A stretch of 64,000 nucleotides of DNA from Dictyostelium discoideum (Eukaryota): positions 1,344,001-1,408,000 of the forward strand of contig CM000155.2 in assembly GCA_000004695.1 (NCBI GenBank), in the 5' to 3' direction. Shown piece after piece: positions 39,326-51,112 of this stretch. Position numbers and translations under genes: made by a program. Positions within the stretch are counted from its first letter, which is position 1. Each line of letters starts with the position of its first letter. Under the pieces are notes generated by a model. That model did not search any database. It was not told the origin of the DNA and was given only the letters and a program-made list of their open reading frames with translations.

Positions 39326-39639
39326 AAGAATACCAAAAAAAGAACTCTAACCAAAATAATAAAAATCATTAAAAAAAAGTGATTTTTATTTTTTACATTC
39401 TATTTTAATTACCTTTTATATGTAGAATGTATCTACCAAATCCAGAAAAATAATTTCCATATGAGCAAAGAAATTGTATTAAATAAAATTTATTTTTATT
39501 AACTATTTAGGCGATTTAAATTTTAAATGTATTTTTTTTTATATAAAATGTAAAAAAACTCGATTTTAAATTTATAGAATAGTATTTTATAATTAAAAAA
39601 ACAATAACACAAATTAAAGAAGATTCCAAAAACTATGAT

Positions 39640-40660
39640 ATGAAATGTGAATTTCATGAAGAAAATAAATATAAATTGATATGCCCAACATGTAAAGTTG
39701 CAATGTGTAAAGTTTGCATAATCAGTAAAGGTCATCGTGGTCATGAAACTGAGTTGATTACAAAAGATAGTATTGAACCAATAACTAAAGAATTTAAAGA
39801 TATTAATTTCAAATCAATACAAGAATGTTCAAATAATATTAAATAAAATTTAGAAATATCAAATAAAAAGTTTTATAAAATTGAAAAAGAATATTCAAAA
39901 AATGAAAACTTTGGAACCAAATGAATTCAAGAAAATAAACAAATTATTACAAAAAACAGAAAATGATAAAATTAAAGAACTTTCAACTCATTTTAATACA
40001 AATAAAGAAATCAATACAACATTTCAACTTTGGCAAATAAAAATTTAAAAAATATTGATCAAATTCAAAAGAAATTAAAAGAATTAAGAGACTTTAATGT
40101 GGAATCATTAAATGATAATGATAACAATAGTAATGATAAGGATAAGATTTTAGATTTTTTAAAACATTATCATCAAACCAAAATTGTTTTAAAAGAAATT
40201 TCTTATGAAAGTGAAAGTGAAATTAATGAATTATTAAGTGAATATGAATATATTACCAAACGGTACTCCATATTTAGAATTAGGACCAAGCATAAAGAAT
40301 TTGAAAGCTGGTTCTATTCCTACAACTGTAGTCTATATTATTTTACTAAATGGATTTAATTTCCAACTTTTAAATGGTATTTTACCAAGTTCACTTCAAG
40401 TATTATATGTTGGAGCTATCGAAAAACCATTATTGAATGGTTCAATACCATCAAATGTTTCCACACTCGTTTTATTGGATGGATTCAATCAAAAAATATC
40501 TGAAATACTACCAAGGATTAGTGTTGTATATGTTGGTGATATTCATTCAGAAGAAATTCCACTAAAAAGTACTATCCAAATTAAAAAATCCCCTTCTTGT
40601 AAACAACAATTCAACAATAGCAATTATGTATACGAATGGGAAGGATGTAAGGAAAAATAG
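39640..40660 (+). pseudogene. Degenerate paralogue of the B-box / FNIP-repeat family: frameshifted and intron-less.
   Basis: The B-box 'CEFHEENKYKLICPTCKVAMCKVCIISKGHRGHE' (ORF 39640-39846) ends at a stop. The coiled-coil part is in another frame (40030-40359). The FNIP part is in a third frame (40238-40660). The segment matching exon-1 end, intron and exon-2 start of the paralogues is deleted. Confidence 0.6.
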
Positions 40661-41732
40661 TTTAATTAGAGGAAATTAAAAAAACAATAAATAATATTAG
40701 TTATTAGAAAGATTTTTAAAAGAGATTATTATAATTTTTTTTTTTTTTCTAAAAATCATTATATAATTTGTTGTTGCTGTTTCTCTTTTTGTTGCTTTCT
40801 AATTCTGCTAATTTCTTTTCTATTTCTTGTTCTTTTCTCAACTTGATCCATGTTTTCTAATTTTTCACCTTTTTCAGCTTTTTCTTTTTGTTAAATTTAA
40901 GTTTTCTTTGTTTTTCTTGTTGTTTTTCACGAGTTCTTTAATTCTTGTTTTTCTTTTGCTTCGTTATCTCTTCTTTTTCCTCTTTCTTTCTTTGTTTTTC
41001 TTTTTGTTGTTTGTTGTTGTTTTTAAAATTTTATTTCTTTTCAATCTTTTACTCATATTCTAATTGTAATTGTTTATCTTTTTCAAGTTTTTCTTTTATT
41101 TCTCTTTCTTTTTCAATTGAGCTTATTGTTATTGGTTTCTATTTTTTTCTTCTTTTTTTCTTCTATTTCTATTTCTCTTTCCAATTCCATTTGAGTCAAT
41201 TTTTCTTGTTTTTCTCTTTGATATTTTTTTTTGGTCTTTTTGAATGCATTCTAGGTCACTTTGTTCTTGTTTCTTTTTCCAATGGTTTTTTATTTTCAAA
41301 TTGTTTCTCTGATTGAAAGATTGATTTCACGTCTACTGAGAATGCAGATTGTTTCTCTTTCTAATTGAAGACCAGATTGATATTATGTTGTAATATTACC
41401 CATTGTTGTTGATGAATTGACATCAGAATCAGCAGAATTGAAACAGCTAAACAATATAAATTATTCCATCTTGAGGGTAGACGTAATATTAGAGTTAAAA
41501 GTTGATTTAAATCATTGATAGTGATGGAAAAAAAAAAAAAAATGAAAAAAAAAAAATAAAAAAAAATAAAAAATAAAAAAAAAAAAAATAAACTAGATTA
41601 ATACGAGACAGATCAATTAAATATTTTTTAAAAAAAATAATAATAATAATAAAATAAAATTATTTATTTGAAAAAAAATAAAAATAAAAATTAATTAAAT
41701 TATAATTTTTTGATTTTAATTATTTTTGGAAG

Positions 41733-41764
<32 letters not shown>

Positions 41765-41821
41765 GAATATTTTTTTTTTTTTTTTTTTTTTTTGATTTTA
41801 TTTTTATATTTATATTTAAAA

Positions 41822-43600
41822 ATGGATGACTATAGTATTTTATTTAAAATTATTAAAACTGAAGAGATTAAAAATAATAATGAAATAGATATAATTTTTT
41901 TTAAAGTTTGGAGAAATAAATTTATTTTAAATGAAATTAATCTTCATCAAAGATTATATAATTTAAATGAAAAAAAGAAATTTAAAATTTGTAAAGATTT
42001 TCATGAATTTAAATATAAAGAATATGTAAAAGATTTAACTATTTCAAGTAATGATGAAAATACATTTACAAATCAATTTAAAGTACCAAAAGGTATTTTC
42101 AAATTAACATTTTCAAATTTAAATAGAGAATTTAATATTAGAAATGTAATTCCATCAACGGTAACTCATTTAAAATTTGGTGATGAATTTAATAAACTTT
42201 TGTCACCTGGTGATATTACAAAGGGTGTTAAACATTTAGAATTTGGTAAAAAATTCAATCAACCATTTACAAATGCAGGTGTAATTCCATCAACTGTTGA
42301 AACTATAAAATTTGGAAATTTTAATAAAATTTTAAAAAAGGGTGATATACCAATGGGTGTTAGATCGGTAGAGTTTGGTTCACATTTTGATAAACCATTA
42401 AAGAATTTACCATTATCAATTGAATCATTAAAATTTGGTAGTAGATTTGGAAGAGCATTCGATGCATCACAATTACCAAGTTTGATAACTAAAATCTATG
42501 GATTTGCATCAACAGAACCATTGAAAAGCTACCAAATTCCAAGAGTTACAAGTTTACATTTCGATTCATATTATCGTCATAAATTTGAAGCTGATACATT
42601 ACCAAATGGATTATTACACTTGGATTTAAAAGATTATTCAGAAGTATATGTAATTGAAAAAGATGTTTTACCAAAAACATTGGAAAAGTTGGAACTTCCT
42701 TATAGATATAATCATAGAATTGAAATTGGTGTTTTACCTCAAACCTCTTTGAAAACTTTATACTGTTATTCAGATTACCAATATCCTTTAGAAGATAATG
42801 TTTTACCAAAATCATTAACAGAATTAACATTTGGTATTAAATCAGATATAATATTCACCAATTGTAAATTACCATCAAATATTAAAAATTTAGAATTAAA
42901 TTATTTTAATGATCCATTAAAAGATATTTTACCAAGTAAATTAGAATCATTGAAAATTAAAGGACTAAATCAGAATATTGAATTGGGTAATTTACCAAAA
43001 TCATTAAAGGAAATAACATTCTCACATAATTTTAATAACATTTTAGAAGTGAATGTTTTACCTTTAAATTTGGTTAAATTGGACTTAGGTGGTTATAATC
43101 AACCTCTACGTAAAGGTGTCATTCCAAATAGTGTTTTAATTTTAAAATTAAATACATTTGATAAAATTTTAAAAGTTGGTGATTTACCAAACTCAATAAT
43201 TTCATTGGAAATGGTGTGTTATAATCAACCTTTAATATCAAGAGTTTTACCAAATGCTTTAAAGAAATTAAAATTTGGAGATTTCAATTCAAGATTTGAA
43301 ATTGATTCTTTACCAAATACATTAACTCATTTGGAATTTAAAAGATTTAAACAAATTATTCCATCTGGTTATTTACCAAATAGTATTGAATATTTAAAAT
43401 TAGGTGATTATTTTAATCAACCTTTAAAAGGTGTAATACCATCATCAGTTACAAGTTTAAATATTGATAATTATTATTTCGATCAAGAATTATACCATTT
43501 ACCAAAATCTTTAAAAATTTTATACTTTGATAAATTAAAAAAGGATAAATTATTATCAACTTTACCAATTGACCATTCAATAATAATATTTAATGAATAG
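41822..43600 (+). CDS. FNIP-repeat-containing protein, about 590 aa with about 20 tandem FNIP repeats.
   Basis: The repeats follow the pattern '...L.FG..FNQP...G.IP.SV..L.FG' throughout ORF 41726-43600. The true start is most likely ATG 41822 ('MDDYSILFKII'). The upstream part of the ORF is a poly-T read-through ('MEDIFFFFFF'). Confidence 0.8.
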   Translation: MDDYSILFKIIKTEEIKNNNEIDIIFFKVWRNKFILNEINLHQRLYNLNEKKKFKICKDFHEFKYKEYVKDLTISSNDENTFTNQFKVPKGIFKLTFSNLNREFNIRNVIPSTVTHLKFGDEFNKLLSPGDITKGVKHLEFGKKFNQPFTNAGVIPSTVETIKFGNFNKILKKGDIPMGVRSVEFGSHFDKPLKNLPLSIESLKFGSRFGRAFDASQLPSLITKIYGFASTEPLKSYQIPRVTSLHFDSYYRHKFEADTLPNGLLHLDLKDYSEVYVIEKDVLPKTLEKLELPYRYNHRIEIGVLPQTSLKTLYCYSDYQYPLEDNVLPKSLTELTFGIKSDIIFTNCKLPSNIKNLELNYFNDPLKDILPSKLESLKIKGLNQNIELGNLPKSLKEITFSHNFNNILEVNVLPLNLVKLDLGGYNQPLRKGVIPNSVLILKLNTFDKILKVGDLPNSIISLEMVCYNQPLISRVLPNALKKLKFGDFNSRFEIDSLPNTLTHLEFKRFKQIIPSGYLPNSIEYLKLGDYFNQPLKGVIPSSVTSLNIDNYYFDQELYHLPKSLKILYFDKLKKDKLLSTLPIDHSIIIFNE

Positions 43601-43817
43601 TTTTTTAAATAAAAATTAAAAAAAAAATATATAAAAAAAAAAAAAAAAAGGGTGAATTTAAATGTTTTTCAAAATTATGTATCTAAAAATAAATAATTTA
43701 ATCTAAAAAAATATTAATTCATTTAACAGGGTGGGTGTAAAATAAAAAAAAATATTTTATGCCAACTTTTTTTTTTTTTTTAATTTTTATTTTTTATTTA
43801 TAATAGTTTCTAAACAT

Positions 43818-43851
<34 letters not shown>

Positions 43852-43933
43852 TTTCAAAATTTTATTTTTTTTATTTTTTTTATTTTTTATTTTTAACTTT
43901 TTTTTAAAAAGTGTTACTTCACTTTAGTTCACA

Positions 43934-44066
43934 ATGGACGATATTCATAATAATAATGAAAACATTCAAAATGATTATGACAATATTGTAATATTATCAG
44001 AACAAGAATCAATTAAAAATCAAATTGACATTGATTTTAGTATTGAACAATTTAGTGATAATAATA

Positions 44067-44097
<31 letters not shown>

Positions 44098-44100
44098 TAG

Positions 44101-44140
<40 letters not shown>

Positions 44141-45049
44141 GATAATGATAATGATAATGATAATGATAATATAGATAATACCAGTATTATTTGTGAAGAT
44201 TATGACGATAAAATAAATATTATTAGCGATAATAATATTAATAATAATATTAATAATAATAATAATATTAATAATATTAAATACGATAATAAATGTATTT
44301 TTCATAAAGAACAAGATTATAGATTCATTTGTAGTGATTGTCAAGTACCAGTATGTGATATGTGTATAGTTAGTTCAGAATATCATAGATCTCATGTATT
44401 TGATTTAATTAATCAAGTTAATACAGCTACATTATTTCAAGATTTTAAGAATAAACATTTTCAAAATTTAGATCATTGTTTAGAGAGTATTAAAGAATCA
44501 GTCAACGATTCTAATGAAATCTATAAGAATTTAAATGAAGAACATAATCAAAATGTAAATATTGTAACTAAAGAATTTAAAGAGATTCACTCACTTTTAG
44601 AATCAATTGAAAAGGATATCATTAACAGATTAAATAGTCATCATGATGAAAATAAAGAAACCAATGAAAAAATTACAACAACTGCAAATGATCACATTAA
44701 AAATGTTGATCAATTATTAAGTAAATATAGATACTCAATCAATGATTATAATATTGATGAAATTTTTAATAATAGTAATAATAGCAATAATAATAATTGT
44801 GGTAGTAGTAATCGTCAACATATAGAATTATTAAAACATAGTTATCAAACCCAAATATTATTAAATGAACAAGATGATGATAATACACTCAATAAATTAA
44901 TAAGTGAATATAATAAAATTTCATTAATAAATTCAATTGATCTCGTTAAAAATTCAATTAAAGATACTTTTCAAATTCAACCAAATAGTCTTTATTCTGA
45001 AGATTCAAAAGATCCAAAAAGAGTTAAAGGTAATTAATTAATTTTTATA

Positions 45050-45081
<32 letters not shown>

Positions 45082-45603
45082 ATTTTTTTTAAAAAAAAAA
45101 CTAATAATTTTTTATTTTTTATTTTTTTTTAATTTTTATTAGTTGGTATTGATGAATTTTTCATTTATAAAAATGGTTGTGTTATACCGAATGGTGTTGT
45201 AAATTTAGCATTAGGACCAAGTATTAAAAAATTAACAGTTGGTTCAATTCCATCAACTATAAAGAGATTGGTTTTATTAGATGGTTTTAAAGTTCAACTT
45301 ACTGAAGGACTATTACCAAATACAATTAAATCATTACTTGTTGGTGCTATTAAAAAACCATTACTTAAAGGTTCAATACCTGCTGGCGTAGCTTACTTAT
45401 TTTTATTGGATGGTTTTGATCAAGAAATCGTTGAAATACCACGTAATGTCTCTGAAATTTTCCTTTATAATACTACTTTCATCGTTCCAATCACATATAA
45501 AGGTAATCTTTATAAGAAACCAACTTATAAACAATATACTTTATTCGGTCCAACTGCTCATGCTTGGAGTGGTGGTGGTTGGGAAGTTAAAGTTGAAATG
45601 TAA
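43934..45603 (+). CDS. B-box-type zinc-finger / FNIP-repeat protein, intact family member, two exons.
   Basis: Structure: join(43934..45029,45143..45603). The B-box is 'CIFHKEQDYRFICSDCQVPVCDMCIVSSEYHRSH'. A coiled-coil middle part follows. The GTAATT...TTATTAG intron is phase 1. Exon 2 gives 'VGIDEFFIYKNGCVIPNG...LLDGFKVQL...LLDGFDQEIVEIP' (FNIP repeats). Confidence 0.8.
44117..44170. repeat. (GATAAT)n coding repeat giving (DN)n in the B-box protein.
   Basis: gataat x 9 read directly. The ORF shows DNDNDN. Confidence 0.9.
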
Positions 45604-46051
45604 AAAAAAAAAAATAATAATAATAGTAGTACTAGAAGTAAAAAAAAAAAAAAACCAAACAGAAAACAAAACAAAAAAAAATAAAAAAAATTTCAAAGAA
45701 TATTCCAGATATCTTTTAAAACATATTTAATCATTTCAAGTGATATTTTATGAGTTTCAATTTGTTTAGATAAATTATAAATTATAAAAAGATTATTTTG
45801 TATCTAAAAATGGTTATTTAAATTTTTTTTTTTTTTTTTTTTTTTTTTTCAATTCTATTTCATGTTATTTTTAGGAAATCAATAAACCAAACCGAAAAAA
45901 AAAAAAAAAAAAAATAAAAATAAAAAAAATAAAAAAAAAAAAAAATTTTCTAAAAACGAACTCGTTTTAGTTTTTTCATTTTTTTTTATTTTTTATTTTT
46001 TTTATTTTTTTTTTAATTATTACATTTAATATTTAAATATATAAATATAAA

Positions 46052-49000
46052 ATGTTTTTAACTAAAAGAGTTTCTTCTTTAGTTAAAACAAATAATTTTA
46101 AATTAAATAGTAGTATTAGTAGTATTAATTCAATTAGATCATTAAAAGATGATCAAGAATCACAACAACAACAACAACAACAACAACAATATTATTCAAC
46201 AAAAAGAAATGTATCATCAAATTTAAAGAAATTAACCAAAAAACCAACAGTTGTAAAAAGTAAAACACCAAAAAGAATTTCAGAAATGAGTAGATTATTA
46301 TCAAAATTAACAATGGAAGATCCAGATGGTATTGATGATTCACCAATTGTTGGAGATGATAAAGAATACAATATGGAGGAGGATGATTATGATAATAATG
46401 ACGAAGAGAATGAATTTCAATTTGATTCAAAATTAAAATTTGATACAACACAAGATAATCAATTATATAAAAAAGAAAATATTCAAGAAACAGAAATCGA
46501 TAAAAATAAAGAAGATAATTATTTTAATAATAATAATAATAATAATACACAAAATTCATCATCATCATCAGATAATATTAAAAAAGATAAAAAAACAATA
46601 GATGAAGAAGTTAGATTAGAATTTTGGGCTAAACAAATGGCATTACGTGATTCATTGAAAAATGATGGTGGTAAATATTTATTAGATGAAGAATCTTATC
46701 AAGAACCAATTAAAAACTATAAAATACTTGGTAGAAAATTAATGCAACGTCGTCAAGTTGAAAAAGAAAAAGAAATAGATGATAAAAAAAAATTAAAAGA
46801 GAAATTAAAATTAGAGAAAATTAAAGAATTAGGTTTAGATTTAAATTTAATTGAACAAGAAAATGAAAAAAATAAATTAAAATCTGAAGAAGCTTTAAAA
46901 GATTTATTAACAAAAGAAGAATTTGAATCATATAAAAAATCAAATAATAATAATAAAAATGATAATGAAGAAGACGAAGAAGGAGAAGAAGAAGAAGAAG
47001 AATATGATGAAGAGGATGATGATGATGATGGTATTTATGATAATATGATTGATGGTGATAGAAATCAAGGACTTGTTGATATAGATATTGGTTTACCAAA
47101 TCTTACAAGATTAAATCCATATACACCAGTACCACCACCAATTGAAATTGTTCAAGAATTATTAGAGATTAGAAAACAAGAATTAATTAAAAAAACTGAA
47201 CAATCTTCAGATGATTTCGAAAAAAGACGTCGTATAAAGAGAATTGAATTCATTGCAAAGAAAAAAGAATTACAACATAAACAAATGTTGGAAAGACATA
47301 AAAGAATGGGTTTATATGATTCAATTGTAACTGATGAAGATGAATTACCAATTGAAATCGATCCAAAAGTATTTAGTCGTTATCAAGCTGGTGATATCAC
47401 TGAACAAGAAATGTTAGATATTAGTAAAATTGAAAATAAACAAGAAAGACAAAGACAAATTAAATCAAGAATTGAAGCAAAAAATAAGAAAATTTCAAAA
47501 CAAGATAGAAATAATAATGAAGTTATTATTAAAGGTCAAGAAAATAATGAAGTAAATGAAAATATTAATAAAGAAGTTGAAAATGATGATGAAGAAGATG
47601 ATGATTATGAGGATGATGAGGATGAAGATGAGGATGATGATGATGATTATGATGATGATGATGATGATGATTTTATGAAACCATCAAGAAAGAATACAGA
47701 ATTTTTAAGACATTGGAAAATTGGTAGTATTGGTGTACCACCATTATTAAAGAAAAAGATTACATCAGCAATTAAAGAATATCCAACTGGTCAATTAAGA
47801 AATGATGCAGCATTATTATCTGAACAATTAAGAAGTAGAACTAGATTAGGTAAAGCTATTGGTTCAACTAATATAGTTGTTAAACCAGAGGATAGACCAG
47901 TGATTACCTATGGTAAAGGTCAAGTACTTGCATATATTTCTCATAGAATGCCAGGTGTTTATGCATGTACACATCGTGTATTTAGTGAGATTAACAGTAG
48001 ATTACCAAATTTCAAACCAACTTCATTATTAGATTATGGTTCTGGTCCTGGTACTGTATTATGGTCAGCAGATACAATTTGGGGTGACTCAATTAAAAGA
48101 ATTAGAGCAGTTGAACCAAGTACCTATATGAGTGATGTTGCAAAGAAACTATTGGAAGGTAATACAAATCGTGTTAAATGGTCACCTTATTTAAATACTG
48201 CCAATTTGAAGAGACAAGATGGTACAATTCCTTCAACTGAACTTAATGAAATGGTCACTGCTTCCTATGTACTATCAGAGTTACCAAGTCAAGAAGCACG
48301 TAATGATTTAGTTAGAGAGTTATGGAGTCATGTTAAACCATCGGGTATTTTGGTGTTAATTGAACCTGGTACTCCAATTGGTTTCAATATTATCAAAGAG
48401 GCAAGACAATTGATATTGGATGAAGAACCTGAAATATTAAGTATATACAAATCAACCAAAGCACAAGTAGTTGCACCATGTCCACATAGTGGTAAATGTC
48501 CAATGGGTAGTTTATCATGGTGTCATTTCTCTCAACGTGTTGAACGTCCAGTATTCCAAAAACTTGCAAAAGGTCCACATTCAACAATGCCATATGAAGA
48601 TGAAAAATATTCTTATATCGTCTTATCAAAGGTTGTACATTCATCAATTCAAAATCAATTGGAGAAACAATTACAAATCTATCCAACAGAAGAGTTGGAA
48701 CCAACTAAAAATTGGTCACGTTTAATTGAAGCACCTCTAAAGAGAGGTGGTCATGTTATTATGGATGTTTGTTCACCAAATGGTTCATTAAATAGAGTTA
48801 CTGTCGCAAGATCACATGGTAAACAAATGTATAGAGAAGCTAGAAAATCATTTTGGTCAGATTCTTTCGTTGTAGATCCTGAATTAATTGATCATCATGA
48901 AGGTAGATTCAATAGAAATGAAGAAATTGAAAATAAATTAAAACAAGAAGAAGCTGAAAAACTTGAAGAAATTAAAAAACAAAAGAAAAAATCACAATCA

Positions 49001-49777
49001 TTTTTACAAGATGATCTTGTTGATGAGGATCAAGATGATGATGAATTATCAATTGAAAATGGTGATGCTGATGGTGGTAAATCATTAACAAAGAGCGAAA
49101 AGAAAGAAAAAGAAAGAAGAAATAATAAAGATTGGATGAATGAATTACAAGGTACTGATAGAAGAGTATTAGAGAAATTAATTAAACAAGGTAAATTCAC
49201 TGAAAAATCCGGTGGTTTATTCGGTTCACAAGATAATACACCAGCTTCAGATTATGGTACAAATGAAATGGAATTTGGTTTCCAAGAAGAGGATGATGAC
49301 TTGGATGATGAAAATGATGATGAAAGCTATAGAAAGAAGAAACCAATGACTATTGCAGATTTTAAAGAAACTTCTAAAACTAGAAAACTTAGAAAAGAAA
49401 AATTACAAAAAGATTTAAATCAATTTAGAAAACAAACAATGTCACCAGAAGAATTGAAAATACAAGAAGAAAAAGAAAATGAAATTAAAAATAGATCAAA
49501 AATTTATAAAGAAAGTAATCCAAAGAAAATTGAATATTATCTTAAAAATTTCGATAATGAAAATGCTTTAGTAAATCAAGATACCATTTTACAACGTCAA
49601 CAAAATAGATTAGAAAATCAACAAACAATGAGAGAAACTTTCGAAAATATTAAAAATGGTTTAAGTATTGCTTCAAATAAAGATAAATTATTAAAAGAAA
49701 AAGAAAAAATGGATAAATTTAGAAAATTTAAAAAACAACTTGAAAAACAACAAAATGATGTTGATAATGTTGATTAA
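46052..49777 (+). CDS. Rsm22/METTL17-family mitochondrial ribosome small-subunit assembly methyltransferase-like protein, with very long acidic/K-E-rich N- and C-terminal extensions.
   Basis: Single 1241-aa ORF. The N-terminus 'MFLTKRVSSLVKTNNFKLNSSISSINSIRSL' looks like a mitochondrial presequence. The central domain has the SAM-fold 'LDYGSGPGTVLW' and the Rsm22 Cys cluster 'APCPHSGKCPMGSLSWCHFSQRVERP'. Confidence 0.75.
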   Translation: MFLTKRVSSLVKTNNFKLNSSISSINSIRSLKDDQESQQQQQQQQQYYSTKRNVSSNLKKLTKKPTVVKSKTPKRISEMSRLLSKLTMEDPDGIDDSPIVGDDKEYNMEEDDYDNNDEENEFQFDSKLKFDTTQDNQLYKKENIQETEIDKNKEDNYFNNNNNNNTQNSSSSSDNIKKDKKTIDEEVRLEFWAKQMALRDSLKNDGGKYLLDEESYQEPIKNYKILGRKLMQRRQVEKEKEIDDKKKLKEKLKLEKIKELGLDLNLIEQENEKNKLKSEEALKDLLTKEEFESYKKSNNNNKNDNEEDEEGEEEEEEYDEEDDDDDGIYDNMIDGDRNQGLVDIDIGLPNLTRLNPYTPVPPPIEIVQELLEIRKQELIKKTEQSSDDFEKRRRIKRIEFIAKKKELQHKQMLERHKRMGLYDSIVTDEDELPIEIDPKVFSRYQAGDITEQEMLDISKIENKQERQRQIKSRIEAKNKKISKQDRNNNEVIIKGQENNEVNENINKEVENDDEEDDDYEDDEDEDEDDDDDYDDDDDDDFMKPSRKNTEFLRHWKIGSIGVPPLLKKKITSAIKEYPTGQLRNDAALLSEQLRSRTRLGKAIGSTNIVVKPEDRPVITYGKGQVLAYISHRMPGVYACTHRVFSEINSRLPNFKPTSLLDYGSGPGTVLWSADTIWGDSIKRIRAVEPSTYMSDVAKKLLEGNTNRVKWSPYLNTANLKRQDGTIPSTELNEMVTASYVLSELPSQEARNDLVRELWSHVKPSGILVLIEPGTPIGFNIIKEARQLILDEEPEILSIYKSTKAQVVAPCPHSGKCPMGSLSWCHFSQRVERPVFQKLAKGPHSTMPYEDEKYSYIVLSKVVHSSIQNQLEKQLQIYPTEELEPTKNWSRLIEAPLKRGGHVIMDVCSPNGSLNRVTVARSHGKQMYREARKSFWSDSFVVDPELIDHHEGRFNRNEEIENKLKQEEAEKLEEIKKQKKKSQSFLQDDLVDEDQDDDELSIENGDADGGKSLTKSEKKEKERRNNKDWMNELQGTDRRVLEKLIKQGKFTEKSGGLFGSQDNTPASDYGTNEMEFGFQEEDDDLDDENDDESYRKKKPMTIADFKETSKTRKLRKEKLQKDLNQFRKQTMSPEELKIQEEKENEIKNRSKIYKESNPKKIEYYLKNFDNENALVNQDTILQRQQNRLENQQTMRETFENIKNGLSIASNKDKLLKEKEKMDKFRKFKKQLEKQQNDVDNVD

Positions 49778-49938
49778 AAAAAAAAACAAAATAAATAAAA
49801 AAAAAAATAAAAAATAATAATAAAAATCAAATTTACTTTATTTAATTTTAACTGTTGTGTGGGTTATTTATTTATGGTTTTTTTTTTTTTTTTTTAATTT
49901 CCCAAATTTTAATTTTTATTTTTAAAAAATACATTTAT

Positions 49939-50946
49939 TTAAATTAATAAAGTAACTAATAATGATAATAAAATTAAAAAGATTAAAGAGATTGAATTTG
50001 AAGAAGCTGAAGAATCTGAATCAACCCAACTTGGACAAGATGCATTAAGATTGTTAACGAGTTGAAGGAAACCAGTATCTGGATAACGATAAGTTTCACC
50101 TGATTCAGTTTTAATATCAAAGTAATATTGAGCACAATAATTAAAATCGGTAGTTGTCATGTAAGCACCAGCAGTACTTGAACCATAGGTTAAAGTCATA
50201 TCAATTGAATCACCATCAACAAATACTAATTCGATTGAATCGGCAGGCATAGTTTGGTTATAGTAAATTGCAATGAATTGTGGTTTAGTGCCACTTGGGA
50301 AAGTATGATAAGCTGAATAGATTGGAGTATCTGGTAATGAACATGAACCACTTGTAAAATCTTGAGTCCAATATGAGCCATAGGTTGAACCTTTTACATA
50401 AACATGACCAACACCAAGATTACTAGTTGATTTTGACATGATATTCACTCTATGTCCATCATTATCACTTGCATCAGTGGCACAAATACTGCCGACTTTA
50501 TCACAAAGTAATTGATTATTAGTTTGTATTCCCGAAGAATAACCAGCTGCGATATTCTCTGATCTTGAACCAGCATTTGAACATGTAATAAATGAATTGA
50601 AACGTTTCCAAATATCAGTTCCATCACATGAATTATGACTGAAACATGGATATGTTGCCATATCATTTGAATGGAATCTAGCCAAATCATTGAGTGTACT
50701 ATTATACCATACTGGTGGAACTGCTGGAACATTTAAAATATTCTCTAATCCCATACTCTTATAATCATTCATATAGTTGGCCTTATATTGTGCTGGAAAC
50801 ATTCTTACCAAATTCACTAAATTATGTGATTCTCTTTCGAAATGACTTGGATATCCTTCTTCTGATTCACCATATGCTGAAACTTGATTAACCATTAAAA
50901 GGCTTGAAATAAAAATACAAATTACTAAATTATAAATAATTCTCAT
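49939..50946 (-). CDS. CAP / SCP / PR-1-like domain protein with signal peptide and a hydrophobic C-terminus (GPI-anchor-signal-like).
   Basis: The N-terminus reads 'MRIIYNLVICIFISSLLMVNQVSA'. CAP-like signatures are 'LVRMFPAQY...PPVWYNSTLNDLARFHSNDMATYPCFSHNSC' and 'GHRVNIMSKSTSNLGVGH'. The C-terminus is '...SSNSISLIFLILLSLLVTLLI'. Confidence 0.55.
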   Translation of the reverse strand: MRIIYNLVICIFISSLLMVNQVSAYGESEEGYPSHFERESHNLVNLVRMFPAQYKANYMNDYKSMGLENILNVPAVPPVWYNSTLNDLARFHSNDMATYPCFSHNSCDGTDIWKRFNSFITCSNAGSRSENIAAGYSSGIQTNNQLLCDKVGSICATDASDNDGHRVNIMSKSTSNLGVGHVYVKGSTYGSYWTQDFTSGSCSLPDTPIYSAYHTFPSGTKPQFIAIYYNQTMPADSIELVFVDGDSIDMTLTYGSSTAGAYMTTTDFNYCAQYYFDIKTESGETYRYPDTGFLQLVNNLNASCPSWVDSDSSASSNSISLIFLILLSLLVTLLI

Positions 50947-51009
50947 TTTTTTTTTTTTTTTTCTAAACTCGGTCGATCTTTTTTTATATATAGTACAAAA
51001 TTTAAATTA

Positions 51010-51041
51010 ATAAATAAAATAAATAAATAAATAAAATAAAA

Positions 51042-51112
<71 letters not shown>
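51010..51112. repeat. (AAAT)n microsatellite, about 25 units, intergenic.
   Basis: aaat/ataa tetranucleotide run read directly. Confidence 0.95.

Noticed and set aside
41726-41821. N-terminal extension 'MEDIFFFFFFFFFEYFFFFFFF...' of the FNIP gene
   Set aside because: Translation of a poly-T promoter tract. The first sensible ATG is 41822.
44009-44344. Minus-strand 111-aa poly-Ile ORF
   Set aside because: Antisense of the N/D-rich low-complexity region of the B-box gene.
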